Notes: generated by a model from the sequence alone, not told the origin. 63,581 nucleotides of DNA, filler included, from Craspedostauros australis (GCA_030167865.1; 10 parts of 10 records of this genome joined end to end with filler, not necessarily neighbours in it), one strand, 5' to 3'; shown: positions 45,801-58,690, numbered from the whole stretch's first letter. Program-made: numbers and translations.

Positions 45801-47418
45801 AACTCATCGAGAGGGCGCGCACGGTCAACGAAAAGCTGTCGACGCAACTCGTCATGGCCAACGCGTTGGGTCGTGAGAACAAGATCCAAGAGTCGTTGGC
45901 CATCACCCTGCAGGTCACCCATTCCATGGGCGTCTTTCCCAAACGATTCTTGGCCTACCACATCATCAAGTCCATGGGGAAGATCAAGGCGTACCTCAAG
46001 CGCACCACCGACAAGGAGATCTTCGACCTGCCCATCCTCGGGGACTACCAGAGGCTCATGCTGCAGGAGTTCATCGTGGAGGTCGGAACACGATCCTTCT
46101 TCGCCGGCGACAAGACCAAGTGGGTGCTGCAGGTCTGCATCCTCATCCTCACGGGGATCAAGCACGGCGTGTCGGAGTTCACCGCGAAGGGCTTCGCGAA
46201 CTTCGGCATCGTCATGTCGATGTCCGGTGATCACAAGCTCGGGCTGCGTTGCGCCGACATCGCGCACAAGCTCCTTATCAAGACCAACGGGAAGAAGCAG
46301 GCTGGGTGGGTCTACATCATGACGTACAACTCCGTCTACTGCTTCAGCTCGCCGATGGAGGAAGTGATCGGGGGCTTCCAGAGAGGCTACGACGTCGCCA
46401 TGCAATCCGGAGAGTTCGAAAAGGGCATGGTGGGGCTGCAGGCCCGTAGCTTCGCCATATACCTTGCCGGGTACAACCTCCAGTACGTGCTGGGCGAAGT
46501 CGAGACCACCATTGATCGCTACAACCAGTACCGCGTCTCCACGATGCTGGGCAACACGATGGAGCAGCTGACCCTGCTGCAATGGCTGATCGGCACCAAG
46601 CCCATCGATTGGGAGGACATCGACCTGCGATCGCACCGCAACCTCAAGACCAACCCCCCAGCCGCTATGGAGGTGTACACGCTGACCACGCAATGCTTCT
46701 GCAGGGCGTGGGTGTCGACCTACTTCCGCAAGTTCAAGATCGGATACCGATGGACGGGCTTGTACGCCCACATGGCGAAGCACGACAAGTCGTACAACCA
46801 GCTGGTGAACCAGGCTCTGACGACGGGGCTGTGCGCAGGAGCCCTCTACCGTCGCACCAAGAAGAAGAAGTACAAGAAGGTCGTGGCCGACAAGCTGTCG
46901 ATCATGCGCACGGTCGTGGCCACCAAGGGAACGAATGCCCTGTTCGCCATGCTGATCCTGAAGGCCGAAAGTGTGGCGCTGTCCACGTCCAAGCACAACA
47001 CCAAGACGGTCAGCGCCACACAGAGCGCCTACGACCAGGCGATTCAGGTCGCCGAGGCGGCCTCCATGACGAACTACACGTCGCTGTTCCACGAGACGGC
47101 GGCCGACCACTTCATCTGGGTGAGGGAGGAGCTTGGCCTATCCGCGGCGGGTTCGGACGCAAGCCACAAGCATAATTCGAGGACGCAGCCCACCCACAAG
47201 CTGGTGTCGAAGTACATGAGCAGGGCCGCCGATCTGTACCAGCTGTGGGGCTGCACGACGAAGGTGGAGGATCTGAAGGCGAGACGGTCAGAGTACCTGA
47301 AGGGGTGGAAACCCGAAACCGGTCTGAACATGCGAACCAAGCGCGAGATGGGCGCCGGGAATGGCAAGCAGCAGCATAAGGGAATGCAGCAGCGCGTCAT
47401 CGAGATCTCTGGCAAGAT
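42881..47418 (+). CDS. Large STAND-class P-loop ATPase (AAA_16 / COG3899-like) with C-terminal helical TPR-like region; stop not reached before the contig end
   Basis: FFGRKAEL, Walker A GTSGTGKS, GKYD..PFSAI, Walker B LFLDDLQW, THGNLLF, FAHDRIQQAA, helical repeats and LYQLWGCTTKV. Intronless, >1510 aa. Confidence 0.9.
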
Positions 47419-47518
47419 NNNNNNNNNNNNNNNNNNNNNNNNNNNNNNNNNNNNNNNNNNNNTTAATTAATTAANNNNNNNNNNNNNNNNNNNNNNNNNN
47501 NNNNNNNNNNNNNNNNNN

Positions 47519-47962
47519 CTTGGTTCAGTGCTACAGGGTATACTGTCATTACAGCGCCTTGCTCTCCACACACGTAGATACACTGCAGTGTAGATCATGG
47601 CAGATGGCAGTGACGACCATGAGGCAGTGGCTGTGGTTGGAGCTGGCTCTCGGATTCCATTGCTTGAGTTGAAGCAGGTTGGATACANGCGTTAAGACTA
47701 CGGCANTGGTGCAGTAGTCNTCAGCATGGAGGGAATCGAGGTATGTTGTAGNAAAAGGATCTGAGGAGCATATAGTTCCCAAGGTGGAATGTGAGTCAGG
47801 TCGGTCATGGTTGAGTCATGATGGATTCGTGAATGGAGGAGAGAAAGGAGGAGAAAAGATTTGGTGGTCCATCAGGACGGAAGATTTCGCGCCAAAACAG
47901 GAATTTCTCCCATCAGGTTGATACCGTGTTCGGTATTAGTCTGTCCCTCATTGAATCTCAAC
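47519..47962 (-). mobile_element. GTT..AAC element, subfamily A, 5' part (starts GTTGAGATTC)
   Basis: Homologous to 16356-16615. The 5' terminus resembles 57115 (GTTGAAGTTC) and is an imperfect inverted match (8/10) to the subfamily A 3' end. Confidence 0.7.
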
Positions 47963-48047
47963 TTGCGTTATACAGCTTACACGATATGTTCGACATACCC
48001 TCCCCTCCGGCCGTTTCAAATGACTTGTCGTTTGTATGTTGACGCTG

Positions 48048-51000
48048 TCATAGTAGTAGAGCATGTTGAACCACTTCCCTGTCTCTCCTTGTTGCTTCTG
48101 CTGCCGCCGCTTCAGCGAGGACATCTCGTGCCAGTCCTTGCGTGATGTCCTCACCCTTCAATTCCCATTCCTTGCGATTGGCCAAGGCGTAGTTCAGATA
48201 CTCATCGCTCGATTTACCAAACACGCCACATTCCTTCAGCTTCTTCGCCAGAGGGATGACGTAAAAGTCGAAGAACCCGATCTCGCCCTTGTACCACATT
48301 TGGATGGGATCGCTTGGTGCCCTCCCGTCCTTGTAGGCGGCATAACACTCCTTGAAGTACCGCTCGTTCCACTTCCTGTACACATGCCAGTGCTGCATGG
48401 TGTGCGCCACATCCGAGGCCTGGATCAGATGCTCGATCACGATGGTTGCCTTTCGGTTGGTGGCATCGGCCACGAGCTCCTGTTCTGGATGGCCGGCGCC
48501 GCCGTCCCCCGAAGATACCTTGAATGCTTTGTCCCACCGACCATTGCGCAGCTGCTTCAGGTCCTTGTCGACGATGTCAGTCGCCATCACGGCGTTGATC
48601 ACAAGCTTGCGGAAGCGATCGAGCTCGTCGAAGGATCCGCAGATGCAGGAACGCAGATCGGCGTATTCGTCCATCATGAACATGTCCCATGCGAGCACCA
48701 GCGAGTTCTGCTCCGCCACGGATCGGTTGTGGTAGATCTTCGAGATCCGGGTATTCTCCTTCACCAGCTGGGCATTGGGAACGCCTGCATGATCAACGTC
48801 GTGGATGAGCGCCGAGAATGCACATGCGAAGTGCGTCAACGGATCGGACGTGATACCGTAGGTGTGATCGTGCAGGGTCGCCGCGATGCTTTGGGCAGCC
48901 TGCACGTCGGATGAGAAGGCATGCGAAGACGGAGTGCCAAGCTTGCTGTTCTTGTGAGTCTCATTCGCCACCGATGCAGCGTCTTTCCGCATCTTGAGCT
49001 CATCGGCCGTCGGAGCGACGATGCGGGATAGCAGCTTGATGACGGACATGGTCACGTGAGATGCATGTTCGAAGTTGTGGAAGGAGTTGCTCTCGTTGTA
49101 CAGTTGCGCGATGGCTGTGATAAAGGACCGGAGCTGCTTGGTCACGGCAGCTGGAACTTCTACCGCCTCCCCGCCGAGCTCTTCGGTCGTCGCTTTCTCC
49201 ACGTCTGGGTTGAACGGAGGGAGGTAGATGATCTCCTGGACCTCGTTGAGGGGGAACTTCATGGAGTCAATTCCAGATTGCTCCTGCTGATCCTTCCGTT
49301 GCCACAGTTGAAACTTCAACATGTGATCGGATGTGGAAGCCTTCTTCGTTGGGATCTTTGTCATGTGTCGACGGTACACCATGATGCGCTGCATCAGCAT
49401 CGTCATCATTTCGACATTCCAGTTGACCAACCGCATCGTCCGATCACTCATGCCGCCATGCATCGCATCGGACGAGACCCCGCGCGTTCCTTTTGGACCG
49501 ACCGAGTCAGACAGGCTGCCGTTTGTACCCACAGTGTCCGTGGTCACGCTTTGGCTGTCGGATCCCTGTTCTTGGATGCGCTTGATCCAAAATCTGTTGG
49601 GAGTAAATGTGAGCATAGGATGTGTGGAGTATCACGGAAGGAAGAGTTGGAATAAAATCAGTGAAGACGTTTGGATCGACACAATGTGTGAGAGTGGCAT
49701 GAATTTGTGCATGCATGGCAGAATGCTTCTGCCATGCGAAGTATGAGTAGACCAGTGATGTCCGCCTTCTTCATCGCCACACGAGTCAGCAAGGCATGGC
49801 GCAGCACATTACAGCGCAACACAGCACAACATCCTCAAATATGCCGTACGAGTACGTACGTTTGCATTTCCCCTTTGCCTTTGGCATGCACCAGCCCATC
49901 CCTCTTGGTAACCCAATGTCCCTTATCGCAAACAGTGAGACAGCCTGCCGTTTCTGCCGAAATGTGGATGCGGCTGATCTGGCCGGTACTCTCCATGCGC
50001 GAGGCCGTGTTCATCGTGTCTCCAAACAGCTGGAATCGAGCTCGCTCGCCGCGCAGCACACCAGCTGTCACCGGGCCCGAATGGATGCCAATGCGCAACG
50101 AGAGCTCGGCAGTGTCTGGCCCGTGAGAGATCTCCAAGTCCTTGGTCATGGNATCCATCCTGCGGAGGATGTCGTGTGCGAAGCGGACCATGACCACGGC
50201 GTGATCCTTCTTGTACTCGGGGATCCCAGTCGCTGCGACGTAGCAATCGGCTACAGTTTCAACCTTGAACACCCTGCGGGCCATTGCTAACCGGTCGAAG
50301 GACGAGAAGATAGCCTCCAGGAACGTGAATACCTGCGATGGCTCTCGGATGGAACTCCAGGCCGTGAAGCCTGCAATGTCGGCGAACATGATGCTCGTCT
50401 CCAGGAACAGATCAGCGATCGGCTGCTTGTTCAGATCGTCGCCGTCCACGCGGCCCGCGAGGAAGTTCTTCATGTTGGCGATACGCTTTTCCACATCGCC
50501 ATGTTCATTTGAGTCGTGTTGGATGATCCGGTCGCGGATGTTGGAGGGGATGAGACTTGAAACAAGAGCGTTGGACTGGGCCGCGCTGGCTACCAGCTTC
50601 TCGTTGCGGCGGTACACGAACATGTCGTAGATGTAGAAGATGATCGCGACCATGAATATCACGGCTGATACAGCGCCGGCAAAGATCCTTGGAAGAGCAT
50701 TGTAGAATTGGTCTTCGAATCTTCTGGAAGGGTAGGCGAACATTGTGTATTGACAATGGTTGGGAGTTGTTGCGAAGTCAGGATGATTGCTGAGTGACAG
50801 ATCGATAGTGAATTCATACTTGTTATACTTCGAATCGTGAAAGTCGCCTGTGCAAGTTGGGATAATGTTGAGGAGAGTAGAGCAGAGCAGAGTATTGGTG
50901 TACGCAGCAAGGTAGTCGGAATGGTGTGAGCGACAATCAGCATGTGTGAATATGTTGACGTGCACACAAGTGCGAATCGGGATACGTAGAGTGGTGCACT

Positions 51001-52765
51001 TTCTTCCTCTTCTGTGACAGCACGAACACGGATTGAGCAACCCCAAGCACAATCGCCAAGAATTGAGCTTGCAACAGAGCCAGCCAACCCATCTGCAGAC
51101 ACTCACCTTCTCCCTGATAAAGTGCGTCATGACCATCAATGATGTAGGTGAACGTTTGACCACAGGTATTCTTGATGACCGCAATAATTCCCTTCCTGTT
51201 GGTGGGAAGCAAGTCCCTGAGCGGCGCATCCAAGCTCACTGCGCCGCTCACCAAACCAACAATCCTTGATGTCGGATCTGACGCATGCTGATGGACAGGA
51301 TGGAACACGAAAGAATGCGGATGGTCTGTCTTCGATGCACGGAGCCGGGAGTGGTACTTAGCATGCTCTTCCTCGTTCATCACGGCCTGTATTAGCCCCC
51401 TGATGTCGCCTGCGCCACTCATGAGGGTCTGGTTACGAAGACGCAAGAGCGCATTGACGATTTTATCTGGTCTGGTGGCCATGTCCCTGTTGATCAACCC
51501 GTATGTGAACGGCGGGGGGCCGTGCTCCCAGGCAGGAAAACGTGAGCCAGGTCTATCAGGTGATAGGGTTGGATCGATGGAGTATACCTCGGGGTTATAT
51601 CCCACCGGCTTCAGCCTATTCGTATGACCGTACCTCTCCACGTGCCAGTCCTCGACCATCTTTTCGTAGCGCTCACCTGTAAACTTCTCCCACTCCTCTT
51701 CTTCGTCGCCTGGCTCCACTCGATGGAAGACCCCAGCCAACTCCATCTGAGACAGCTGCAGCAAGTTGTCAATGTGGGTCTGGAAGGATGGCATGGTGAT
51801 GAAGGGCCAGGTCTGATTTGTTGATTCGACATAGATAGACATGGAGTCCGCAAGTGTTTTGCAAGCCAGCTGCAAGCGTCCAATATGACCCAATGCATTG
51901 TCCTCAAGTGATTGTGTGACGCTTCGGTACTATCGTAGGAGCATTCGGACAGCAAAGGTGTGTAAGGCAAGCATGGTGTTGAGTCGGATCAATTGGGTGT
52001 GAGAGCATTGCTCGCACGATGGTGGGCGAAGTGGTGAAGCGTAGGCAGGCAGGCATGATGAACGAGCATCGACAGAGTATTGGTATGGTACGAGTAGAGC
52101 TAACCATAACACAAGAAGATGAAGATTCCCAGTCAGCTGAGCAGCGGCTTAGCAGCCAACCGGTCAAGCAAATGTTCTTGGTCAACACCGTGATGCTGGT
52201 CTGGTCGACTTGTATGGTACATCCAACCACACAACCCCAAAGCCCTACAAGCCCCAAAGCCACGAAGACTCATAGTCGCAATCCCCAGCCGTACGAGCAC
52301 AGCCGGTACTCACCGTGGCCTCCATGATCGAAGTTTGCTCATTGTCAAGCAGCTACGGGTATTGTCATGGTATGGTACATATTGAAAGAAGGGGAAAGAC
52401 AAGGGGAGAAGCAACAGTTGTGAGAAAAGTATCGTGTCCAATCACCCGCTCTGCGTCGCCGGAGTATCCTGCGGTAGTTCCTCTCGAAATGTCGTGGCAC
52501 TAGAGAGCAGACCGAAGTGAGAGAAGCAACGTACCATATAGGTGGTGAGGCTGACTGCCACCGCCGTGGCAAACAGCGCCCCCGTGACAATCCAGCGCCA
52601 GCATCGGACGCTCCTCGTGTCGCGTCTGGCCACGTCGCGGATTTCCTGAACCTCGTCAACCTTGGGTTCATCGTAGGAGCTGTGGAATGATGTCGCGTCC
52701 GAGTTGGCTACGTTGACGCTGCCATCCTCGATGGCGCCTGGCTTCCTGGAGTCTTCGTTCATCAT
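48048..52765 (-). CDS. Receptor-type guanylate/adenylate cyclase fused to an HD-type cyclic nucleotide phosphodiesterase (diatom GC/PDE family), spliced
   Basis: Exons 51929-51107, 50847-49860 and 49593-48048 join in frame through GT-AG introns. The first exon runs from ATG 52765 to ~52535 (TM1); its link to 51929 is uncertain. TM2 IFAGAVSAVIFMVAIIFYIY. Cyclase MFADIAGFT / KVETVADCY / LFGDTMNTASRMES. PDE FHNFEHASHV / LIHDVDH / MATDI / QASDVAH. Confidence 0.92.
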
Positions 52766-53869
52766 CGTCACCTCCCTGCTTTGGCCGTTCTTGTGCGAGT
52801 GCTTGCCGAGAGTTGTTATGGCAGCGAAATTATTGAGATTGTGGTTAAGATTGTGGTTGTATTTATGACTGTGTCACTCCGCAACAGGGAACAGCAGAGT
52901 AGAGTAGAGTAGCTCGCAGCGCAGAGTACGCGTATCTGAATGTGTTGGGTTTGTGGATTGTGTTTGATCTTGCGGAGCCGCAACAAGTGGTTTGTGCAAG
53001 GCTTCACTTCATGTACGGATGGTGCGTCTTGGGCATGAAGTGCTTTTTCTGCACGATCTGCTCACGCAAACATTGTGAGAGAACCAGACAGAAGAAAACA
53101 GAGCACCGTTTCGCTCGTTTGTTGACGTCACTGAGCAAGGCCTTCCTGAATCACAGAGAGAGAGAGATCGCAACGCCACCACAAGCACCAGACGCGAGAC
53201 ATGAGCAGCTATGCTCTTCGAAGCAACCTGGGAGAGTGAAACGTGTGAGCGGCTCATTGATTTGCCGGAGTCTGCAACCGAACGGACCACACGACTTTTA
53301 TCAATGCATACACACAAATGCAAAGCGCAACATGCTCTTTGGTGTCGTTTCCGCCTTCGTGCAACAAAAGCGGGAATCCTCATGTTGTTGGCACAATCGC
53401 CATGTTCCATGCGAAACAGTGATTCTTGTTTGCCTTTATCCACGATCGCGAACGGTCGTTCGTGAATACAAACTGAACTCACATCGTGGATACAAACAAC
53501 AACACAGCCTCCTCGTGAACGAACTTCTTGTTTTCTGAGAGGTTGAACATGACAGCGACCATACCACTTTTTCTTGTTCCCAAGAAGGACCAAGATGATG
53601 CTGAGCGTTCCAAGGATGTGTCGAATGTGGTCCCGTGTGATGGTCGGGTGTCTCGCCGCCTGTCCAAAGAGTTTCATGACACAATCGAACGATACTTCCG
53701 CCGCCCCAACACAGCGCGAAATAATCCTCAAGTGTTCTCTTTAGCACGCTGACATTCCATGACCCCATCAATAGGCCTACGAAAGAAAAGATGGGCTGCA
53801 GATACGTTTGTCGTAGAGGACACATGAAAGACATAGATACGACGTCTGTCAAGAGAAACGAATAAGCCA

Positions 53870-54311
53870 GTTAGGATTCGTGCGTAGGCGTCGCGAATCG
53901 GTGGAGAATGCCTCGTGAATCTGCCGGCTTCGGGATAGCCGTGTGATGCAGTTCAAGAGAGGTGTNNNNNNNNNNNNNNNNNNNNNNNNNNNNNNNNNNN
54001 NNNNNNNNNNNNNNNNNNNNNNNNNNNNNNNNNNNNNNNNNNNNNNNNNNNNNNNNNNNNNNNNNNNNNNNNNNNNNNNNNNNNNNNNNNNNNNNNNNNN
54101 NNNNNNNNNNNNNNNNNNNNNNNNNNNNNNAGACAGTCAATACAGTACCTTGCTCTCCGCACATGTAGTTACACTGCAGTGTAGGTCATGACAATCAGTG
54201 GTGACGGTCATGAAGCAGTGGCTGTGACTGAAGCTGACACTCGGATTCCATTGCTTGAGTTGAAGCAAGTTGGATACGCATGCTGAGACCACGGTGGTAG
54301 TGTGGTGGTCA
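53870..54311 (-). mobile_element. GTT..AAC element, subfamily A, 3' part
   Basis: Reverse complement of ~16410-16848. Terminus GTTAGGATTCGTGCG at 53870. Confidence 0.8.
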
Positions 54312-54411
54312 NNNNNNNNNNNNNNNNNNNNNNNNNNNNNNNNNNNNNNNNNNNNTTAATTAATTAANNNNNNNNNNNNNNNNNNNNNNNNNNNNNNNNN
54401 NNNNNNNNNNN

Positions 54412-56905
54412 TGGTGGCGGTTCCTGTGCGGAGAATGCTGCTTGGGTTGGTGGTTGCTTGGTCTTGCTGTCCTTGTTGTGTGTTGGTTGTGGCCGAGTTG
54501 TCAGCGGTTGGTCTGGGGGCCACCGTGTACGCGGAGTCCATCGACCTGTTGGCTGTCCCAATTGTTGAGTTTGGATTGAACAAGCTGCGGTTGTCAAGTG
54601 CAGCCGGTCTGTGGTTGACTGGCATCATGTCGGGTATGTTGGTGATGACCACGCTGGCCGGAAAGGATTCGTTGGCAATCGCGCCGAGATAGTGAACATC
54701 TGGGGAGGTGTAGTCATTGGTGTCTGGGTCATACACGATGCTCAGGCTTGCCAACCAGACCTCTGGGCTGAACCATTTCTCCGCTTTGTCTCCCACTTTG
54801 TGTCTTGCCACTGCTGGTAGTAGGCTCATGAAGTGTTTTGCGTCTGCTAGATACTCTGGGAAGGAATGTGCCATGATCTGGTCGTCTGTGCCCCGGGCTC
54901 GGTCCACACTGTGGAAGATGCTCTTTCCTTCTGCGTTGGTTTCGCGGCGGATAAGTTTCCGTAGTGTGACGGAATGCCCGTCCTTGCCTTTGACCTTTTT
55001 GTCCAGGTGCATGACTCCGTCTGAATCGGAGTACTCGATCACGGAGAGGATGGCTTGGTGTTTTGCAAGCAGATCTTCTCGGAATGCCGTCTTTTTGCGT
55101 GACATCTGCTCGTATTTCTTGTCGGGCAGGAATCTGAATTTAATTTCGCCGGGCTGTTCTGACTCCGTGTTGAAGAGAGTAGCTACTGCTGCAACGGCCG
55201 CGTATGCTTGTGACCTTTCCACTTCCAGCTTAACAGCTCTCCATGGTTGGACCGTTCAATGGCATTTCCTGTCTTTGTATTTCTCTTTGGTTTCCTCGCT
55301 GACCTGAATGATGTTTTTGATCTTCCCGCCCACCCTGATTTCGCTGTGAATTCTCCTGAGGCTCCTGTTGATGACTTCAACAGTCCCGTTGACATCTGTG
55401 AATCCTCCGGTGTAGAGTAAGAACCCAATCTCTTTCACTTCTTCTGCCTCTTGCAATTGGGCCAGGTATAGACCTTCATGCTCATTGTAATAGTAGGCAT
55501 TGAGTTCAGAGTTTTGGTCTGCCGTGATGTCGAAAGGATCCTCGCGCGTCGTGATTTGTACCTTCGCGTAAGTGATGCCGGTGGCGCCCGATGGTGCTCT
55601 GAGTCCGGGGAAGAACGTCCGGAGGTCTTCCATTTGTTCTGGTATTTGACCTGAGTGGGCGATGTGTGGTCCGGTGTTGCTGCTTTCTCTCCATGGTAGG
55701 ATCGTGGCCGATGAGTCGATGCGCCAGATTTGTCGGAACCATCGCTTGATCCTTTCTCTCACCGCGTCGGTGGTATCCTCCTCTGTTCTGTCCACGTTGA
55801 GCTTGATTGTGAACCTGGTGATGTATTTGTGCCTGGGAGGGGCTATCTTCGCCTGTGAGGTGTTGGACTCGTCATCAGAACTCACTGAGTTGTCGTCTGC
55901 TTTGGCTTTGTTGCGTGGTGAGCGTCGTGGGCCGTGGTGTTGTTTGGTGATGCCTGAGTCAGTCAATGTGTCGCTGCTGTTACCTGATCTGGTGGATTGC
56001 ATGCTGTTGTGGCTGTTCTGGCTGATTTGTGCCATATCCGTGGTGTGTCGTGGCAACTTGAATCTGGTGCGTTTGGAGGGTTGCCTGCTGGTGTACGAAT
56101 CGCTGTCGGTGCTGAGTGATCCTGTTCCTATGTGGATGGGCATGGCTGCCACTGCGCTTGTGTTGGGGCGGTTTGCTGCACTGGTCGAGTTGATCTGTCT
56201 GGATAGTAGGGTGAGTCCATCCATTGCGTCTTCGTTAGCATCAGATGCACTGCTGGGTGCTGCGCCGAGATCATAGTTGGATCCCAAGACTCTGTTGGCG
56301 GCTTTCCACACTTTGACTGCTCTTGCGCTCTTCACCGTCCCGTCGTTGTTGAGGTGTGATTTGAATACTTCCAGTGGGTTGGTAGATGCTACGTTGAGGA
56401 TGAACTATAGGAGCCGGAGTCGGGTGGGGTCTTTGTTTGGGAGTGTGATTGGGCCGAATGATGTCACCCTGCCGTCTGCTAGGTCGCGGAAGAAGTGTTC
56501 CCACTGCTTGGTGGTTGGGTTTTCTCTGTCTGCCGTGGCTTCGTCTCTGTTGTACCATACCGCTTGGGCCCTCCATGCCATCTTCGCTGCTCTGTCGATA
56601 GAGCCGTCTCCTGTTGCTTTCGCGAATGGCGTGATGTCAATGCCGGTCTTGTTCGCTGCTGTCTTGAAGGTGATCGATCTTGGTTTGAAGGTGATTGAGA
56701 CATCATCTGGGTCGTTCTCCTCCATTCCTCCGTCGTATGGGATGGCTCTTTTTGCTTGACGACGTGCGCGGTGTTGGTTGCTTGTGTCAGTGGCCATTGT
56801 CGCCTCCGGTTTGTCGGGTTCCTTGGTGGGCAGCGTCAAAGTTGGACCATCTTCATGGTTTCGCTCATCGTGGTTGCTCGTGTTGGCTTGCTTGTTCGAG
56901 GTCAT
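54412..56905 (-). pseudogene. LINE (Ambal-like) ORF1, >830 codons, with two in-frame stops
   Basis: ORFs 56405..56905, 55256..56335 and 54356..55222 are in one frame, separated only by TAG (56405-56407) and TGA (55256-55258). IGFLLYT and SIFHSVD..AKHFMSLLP resemble the ORF1 remnant at 39.4-40.2 kb. Confidence 0.7.
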
Positions 56906-57114
56906 TTTGCTGTGCTGTTGTTTGTGTTGTGTTAGGGGATTAATTAGTTTTTATTTTCTTTTGGTTTGGTTTGTCGGAATTCCGAAACTATCACACGTAG
57001 AAGCGACCACACACCAACGATGGCCAACTGCACATGGCCACATGAGCAAGCGCAACAAGTGCGAGCGTGGTAGAGGAGAGCGGAGCAGCTTGGTTTGATC
57101 GAAGCAACCTTGTA

Positions 57115-57928
57115 GTTGAAGTTCATCTAAAGAACGGACTACTTTTTCACTCAGTGTGTTCCTTGTCGCACCTTGAAATTATTTTGGCGCGAAATTTTGG
57201 CGCGAAACCTCCCACCAACAAATACGGAACAATCGCCCTTTTTCCTCCTTCTCCCACACTCATTCATGAATCACCACTGACTCAAACACTATCCGAAGTC
57301 AATGGGATCAAGATACCCTGGGAACTATATGCTCTCCTGAACTATTGTAATGCAGCCAACCTGAATTCCGTTGTCAGCTAAACAACCTGACAACCTTGCA
57401 TGACAACAGCCAAGAGATCCTCCCTGCTTCAACACACGCAGGGAATCTTACATCAATTCCTGCGGCCTGACAACTTGTGTTCTCGATCCCAAACCTCAAT
57501 CAAGGTGTCAAGGCTTAGTACTCGAACGTAGAACAACTACGATGAGATACTGGAGAAAGNNNNNNNNNNNNNNNNNNNNNNNNNNNNNNNNNNNNNNNNN
57601 NNNNNNNNNTACTGGAGAAAGAGAGAAAGAGAGGACCCGTCCGCCTTCAGCACTGAACCTCTGAAGGTCAGTGCAGAGCCGCACCATTCAGACTGACTAT
57701 CGTTTCTTCATCCTGCATCTCAAACTGATCAACTCACAATGCAGACTATTCAAATAACATATAGCACAACTCAAGATCAGCACTATAACAATTATCTACT
57801 TCATTGTCACTAACTACTAATCTCCAGACGGTCGCCACACGTTGACTTCATCATCAGATTCCCTGAATCTGGCAGTCAACTAGGCCATCCCTTCCGGATC
57901 GTGTCACAACAGCACACGAAAATCCAAC
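57115..57928 (+). mobile_element. Complete GTT..AAC non-autonomous element, subfamily B (~750 bp), 7-bp TSD YCTTGTA
   Basis: CCTTGTA (57108-57114) | GTTGAAGTTC .. GAAAATCCAAC | TCTTGTA (57929-57935). Confidence 0.75.
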
Positions 57929-58522
57929 TCTTGTATTCGTCCATGGGCGCAGCGACCTTCAAGTTCAAACCAGATATCGCTTTCGGTAGGTGGGTCGGTG
58001 GGTACAGCAGGCTGGAGTGGATTCCTCTCTAGACTATGTACCTTGTACTAGAGAGTATGTTTCGATATTCCCTAGCTTGCTTCTGTTGGTTGTGGCATCA
58101 GTCACGTCCGGGACTCAGTGCACTTTCCACTCACGCGAATGTGTGTGGGCGGGATTGGTTCTGATTTGTCCGTTCGGGTTCGAAACAATGGCGCTCGCGC
58201 ACCATCGCTGATCGCTGTGATGGTTATTTGACGTTATGCCTTGTACTATCATATATTCATACATGAATGTTATAGAAATAGGCATGGTACGACTCTGACG
58301 CCAGCCGTCCCGGATTCCGCTCCGAGTACTACAATAATAATACCCCCAGGTACTATACGTATGGTTCTACATCGACATTTGTTCTCTTCGTTTCGGATGG
58401 AATCCACGAAGTCAGCAGAAGCTCGTGACTCATGGTAGGCATATCCATGTCTCATGGTAGTACTTTTCACGCATATCCACGTCCAGGGCAACCCCTCAAG
58501 ACAGAGAGGGAGACTCCGATAG

Positions 58523-58690
58523 GAGCCCGATCAGTGAGTCGACCTGCACTTTGCAATCATCAGTCTAACTTTTTTCCTGGGATTTACAAACTAAGTACAT
58601 ATTCATAATCCTCTTAGTCTCTTTATGTGTATGAAATCCTTTCAGATTGTAGTTAGGTTCATTTTAAGTTTTATGGACCGATGCATGTGT
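58523..58690 (+). mobile_element. GAGCCC-terminus repeat, copy 3 (terminal ~170 bp)
   Basis: GAGCCCGATCAGTGAGTCGACCTGCACTTTGCAATCATCAGT is identical to the rc of 42004-42045. The sequence diverges from the other copies after ~58690. Confidence 0.75.

Noticed and set aside
44252..47110. Long antisense ORFs (44252..45712, 45758..47110; likewise 31822..32871 and 48063..48914)
   Set aside because: Expected shadows of GC3-rich sense genes, with no recognisable motifs.
42881..52765. STAND ATPase next to a cyclase-PDE as a CBASS/NLR-like signalling or defence system
   Set aside because: An artificial linker at 47419-47518 separates them, so there is no evidence of linkage.
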